From positions 1-64,000 of the forward strand of contig JBDLIE010000015.1 in assembly GCA_039715015.1 (NCBI GenBank): a stretch of DNA of 64,000 bases, in the 5' to 3' direction. Made by a program: the position numbers and the translations under genes. Of this stretch, positions 61,580 through 64,000 are shown one piece after another. How positions within the stretch are numbered: position 1 is the stretch's first letter; the number at the start of each line of letters is the position of its first letter. The notes beneath the pieces are model-generated. The model saw only the letters and a program-made list of their open reading frames with translations. It searched no databases and was not told the origin of the DNA. The stretch comes from Thermodesulfobacteriota bacterium (GTDB lineage Bacteria > Desulfobacterota > Desulfobulbia > Desulfobulbales > SURF-16).

Positions 61580-62812
61580 ATGAGTACAGAAAAGAACAGA
61601 TCAACCGCCAGTTTTGCCGATTCTTCCGGGCTTGCTGTTAAAGGCTTCCAGGCCTGTGCCATTAAGGCTGGTATACGCGGTAAGGATCGCCTTGATATGG
61701 CCCTTATCTATTCAGAAAAACCAGCTGCGGCTGCCGGGGTTTTTACCACCTCTCAGGTAAAGGCTGCCCCTGTTCTTCTTGGCATGGAACATCTTAAGGG
61801 CGCCACTGCCCAGGCCATCCTGGTTAACTCCGGAGTGGCCAATGCCTGCTCCGGTAGCAAAGGCATGGAGTTTGCCCGGACGACAGCCAGCCTCGTTTCG
61901 ATGGCTATGGATACGGCCCTGACCGATGTTCAGGTCTGCTCCACCGGCGTTATCGGCGAACAGCTTGATCTGGCCTGGTTTGAAAAAGGGGTGCCCTCTC
62001 TGGTAGAGGGGCTGCAGGATGATGGCTTTGAGGATGTTGCCCAGGCCATGATGACCACTGATACCGTGCCCAAGGTGGAAAAGGTGAGTTTTGATCTTGG
62101 TGGGGCAGAGGTTACCATCCTCGGTTTAGCTAAAGGGGCGGGCATGATCATGCCTAATATGGCCACCATGCTCAGCTTTGTGGTGACTGATGCCGCCATT
62201 GCCCCTGACGTCCTGCAGACCATGTTGGAAAAAGCCGTTGGCCAGTCTTTCAACGTGATCACGGTGGATGGTGACACCTCCACCAATGACACAGTGTTGC
62301 TGCTGGCAAACGGTGTTGCCGGCCATCCTGTTATTGACTCAGAGCAAAGCCCTGGGGCCCAAGATTTTCAAGCGGCCCTGGATCGTCTTACCAAGAACCT
62401 GGCTTTGAAGATTGTTGCTGATGGTGAGGGGGCCACCAAGCTCATCACCGTTCGGGTTCAGGGTGCTGCCGCATGGAAAGATGCCGAGCAAATTGGCCGT
62501 ACTGTTGCCAACTCTCCGCTTTTTAAGACAGCCTGTTACGGCGAGGATGCCAACTGGGGCCGGATCTTTGCCGCCGCCGGCCGGGCTGGGGTGGATTTTG
62601 ACCAGAGCAAGGTGGATATCTTTTTTGATGAGGTGCAGATGGTGGAAAAGGGCCTGGGGCTTTTTGCCAACGAGGCCGCCGCCACCGAGGTTCTCAAACA
62701 GGAGGATTTCGTGGTCACCGTTGACCTGCATGCCGGCAGTGAGAGCTGCGAGATCTACACCTGCGACTTTACTCACGATTATGTCAGTATCAACGGCGAT
62801 TATCGCAGCTAG
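61580..62812 (+). CDS. argJ: Ornithine acetyltransferase/N-acetylglutamate synthase ArgJ
   Basis: STGVIG, MTTDT, KGAGMIMPNMATML, DGDTSTND, DGEGATK. Confidence 0.96.
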   Translation: MSTEKNRSTASFADSSGLAVKGFQACAIKAGIRGKDRLDMALIYSEKPAAAAGVFTTSQVKAAPVLLGMEHLKGATAQAILVNSGVANACSGSKGMEFARTTASLVSMAMDTALTDVQVCSTGVIGEQLDLAWFEKGVPSLVEGLQDDGFEDVAQAMMTTDTVPKVEKVSFDLGGAEVTILGLAKGAGMIMPNMATMLSFVVTDAAIAPDVLQTMLEKAVGQSFNVITVDGDTSTNDTVLLLANGVAGHPVIDSEQSPGAQDFQAALDRLTKNLALKIVADGEGATKLITVRVQGAAAWKDAEQIGRTVANSPLFKTACYGEDANWGRIFAAAGRAGVDFDQSKVDIFFDEVQMVEKGLGLFANEAAATEVLKQEDFVVTVDLHAGSESCEIYTCDFTHDYVSINGDYRS

Positions 62813-62842
62813 TGTCGCCTAGAAATGGCCATTTATGTTTAG

Positions 62843-62979
62843 TCCCTTCTCCCCTCATAGGGGAGAAGGTTAGGATGAGGGGTGGTAAGGTCAAAACGTT
62901 CAGTTCCACAGTTTACAATCCTCACCCGACCCCTCCGAAGTCTCTCTTCGTTCGCTTATCTCCCAACCTTGGGAGAGGA
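62843..62979. repeat. CCCTC-type REP doublet between convergent argJ and ribF
   Basis: CCTTCTCCCCT..AGGGGAGAAGG hairpin plus an inverted CCTCACCC..CTCCC..GGGAGAGG arm. Confidence 0.8.
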
Positions 62980-63011
62980 GACTTTGATTCAGAAGCCTGT
63001 GAAAAAGATGG

Positions 63012-64000
63012 TTAACGGTTAAACTTCTCCTCGCAGGAGAGGCGGAGTTCCTTCTCGGCATCGGCCAGCACCTGGCGGGCCTGCTCCACATCTTTATTGA
63101 TCTGGGCCACGAGTTCGTCGGGGCCGGAGAACTTCCTTTCATCGCGCAAGAAGCGCAGCAGGTTGACCTTGATGGGTTTGCCGTAAATATCCTCGTTAAA
63201 GTCGAAGATGAAGGTTTCGGCAGTGATCCTGGGAGTGCCGTTGGCATCGGCTGAGAAGGTGGGGTTGACGCCGATATTGAGCACGCCGCCATAGCATTTG
63301 CCCTCATAGACGACCTGGGTCACATAGACGCCGTGCCGGGGGCAGAGATCCTCGCCGGAAATGTGGAGGTTGGCGGTGGGAAAGCCGAGCTGGGCTCCAC
63401 CGCGCTGCTGGCCCATCTGCACCTCGCCGCGGATCTGGTAATAGCGGCCCTGGAGCCTGCGCACGGCCCGCATGTTCCCTTCGTTGACCAGGCGCCTGAT
63501 CTCGGTGCTTGAGGCAATCACATCATCGACATGATATGGTTCCATCACAGTGACCGGGAAACCTTTGAGTCTGCCTTGCTCCTTGAGAAACGTTGTGTCA
63601 CCCTGTCTTCCTTTGCCGAAACAATAGTCGTAACCCACCACCAGTTCCTGGATGCCTATCTTGTTGACAAGAATTTCGTCGACAAACTCCGCAGCATGCG
63701 TACCGGCAAATTGCTTGGTAAAGGGGATGATGATCAGGACATCAATCCCGGCATGTTCGATGAGTTCTCTTTTCTGGTCGCAGGTGGAAATAAGTTTGAT
63801 CCCCGCCTCGGGCCCCACCACCTGTAGGGGGTGGGGGTTAAAGGTGATGGCCACGCTGGTTCCTTTGGTCTTGTAGGCCCGGCTTACCACCTCGCTAAAG
63901 AGGTATTGGTGGCCAAGATGGACACCGTCAAAATTACCGATGGTGACGCACGGTTTCTTAAAGGGCTTTTTTATGTCGTCGAGATCTGTATAGATTTCCA
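63012..64000 (-). CDS. ribF: Bifunctional riboflavin kinase/FAD synthetase (start codon just beyond the window end)
   Basis: TIGNFDGVHLGH, TFNPHP, VGYDYCFG, LGFPTAN, NIGVNPTF, LRDERKF. Confidence 0.96.
   Translation of the reverse strand, partial: EIYTDLDDIKKPFKKPCVTIGNFDGVHLGHQYLFSEVVSRAYKTKGTSVAITFNPHPLQVVGPEAGIKLISTCDQKRELIEHAGIDVLIIIPFTKQFAGTHAAEFVDEILVNKIGIQELVVGYDYCFGKGRQGDTTFLKEQGRLKGFPVTVMEPYHVDDVIASSTEIRRLVNEGNMRAVRRLQGRYYQIRGEVQMGQQRGGAQLGFPTANLHISGEDLCPRHGVYVTQVVYEGKCYGGVLNIGVNPTFSADANGTPRITAETFIFDFNEDIYGKPIKVNLLRFLRDERKFSGPDELVAQINKDVEQARQVLADAEKELRLSCEEKFNR

Overview
Core-chromosome segment of a dissimilatory sulfur-metabolising Desulfobacterota, most likely Desulfobulbales (inferred from the DsrAB/DsrD/Sat sequences and gene context). 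It carries sat, dsrA-dsrB-dsrD, dsrN and a ferredoxin; a chemotaxis cluster (cheA-cheW-cheR-cheD-HDOD-cheB); a sigma28-driven fliC-fliD-fliS-fliT-flaG cluster; cell-wall genes (PBP1A-like, mltD, S11 peptidase, alr); and housekeeping genes (dgt, ogt, aroB, argS, secA, argJ, ribF, tatC). No rRNA, tRNA, CRISPR array or intact transposase was recognised. The most striking non-coding feature is a 224-bp element present twice in opposite orientations (24965-25188 and 38327-38550). Both copies lie between convergent genes beside CCACGGAA-type palindromes, have self-complementary ends and have no transposase gene. From memory the element resembles the non-coding (bridge/seek RNA) end of IS110-family elements, which needs testing. 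Other notable items: a persulfide-reductase/DUF302/Acr3-like/NifX-like/DUF134 module with a candidate operator directly upstream of dsrA; an exported ComEA-PLD nuclease fusion; a head-to-head junction near 37240 where two genes appear to lack their 5' ends; an IS91-tatC chimeric pseudogene; two single-base frameshifts; and several REP/REPIN families. All product calls come from motif recognition, not database searches.
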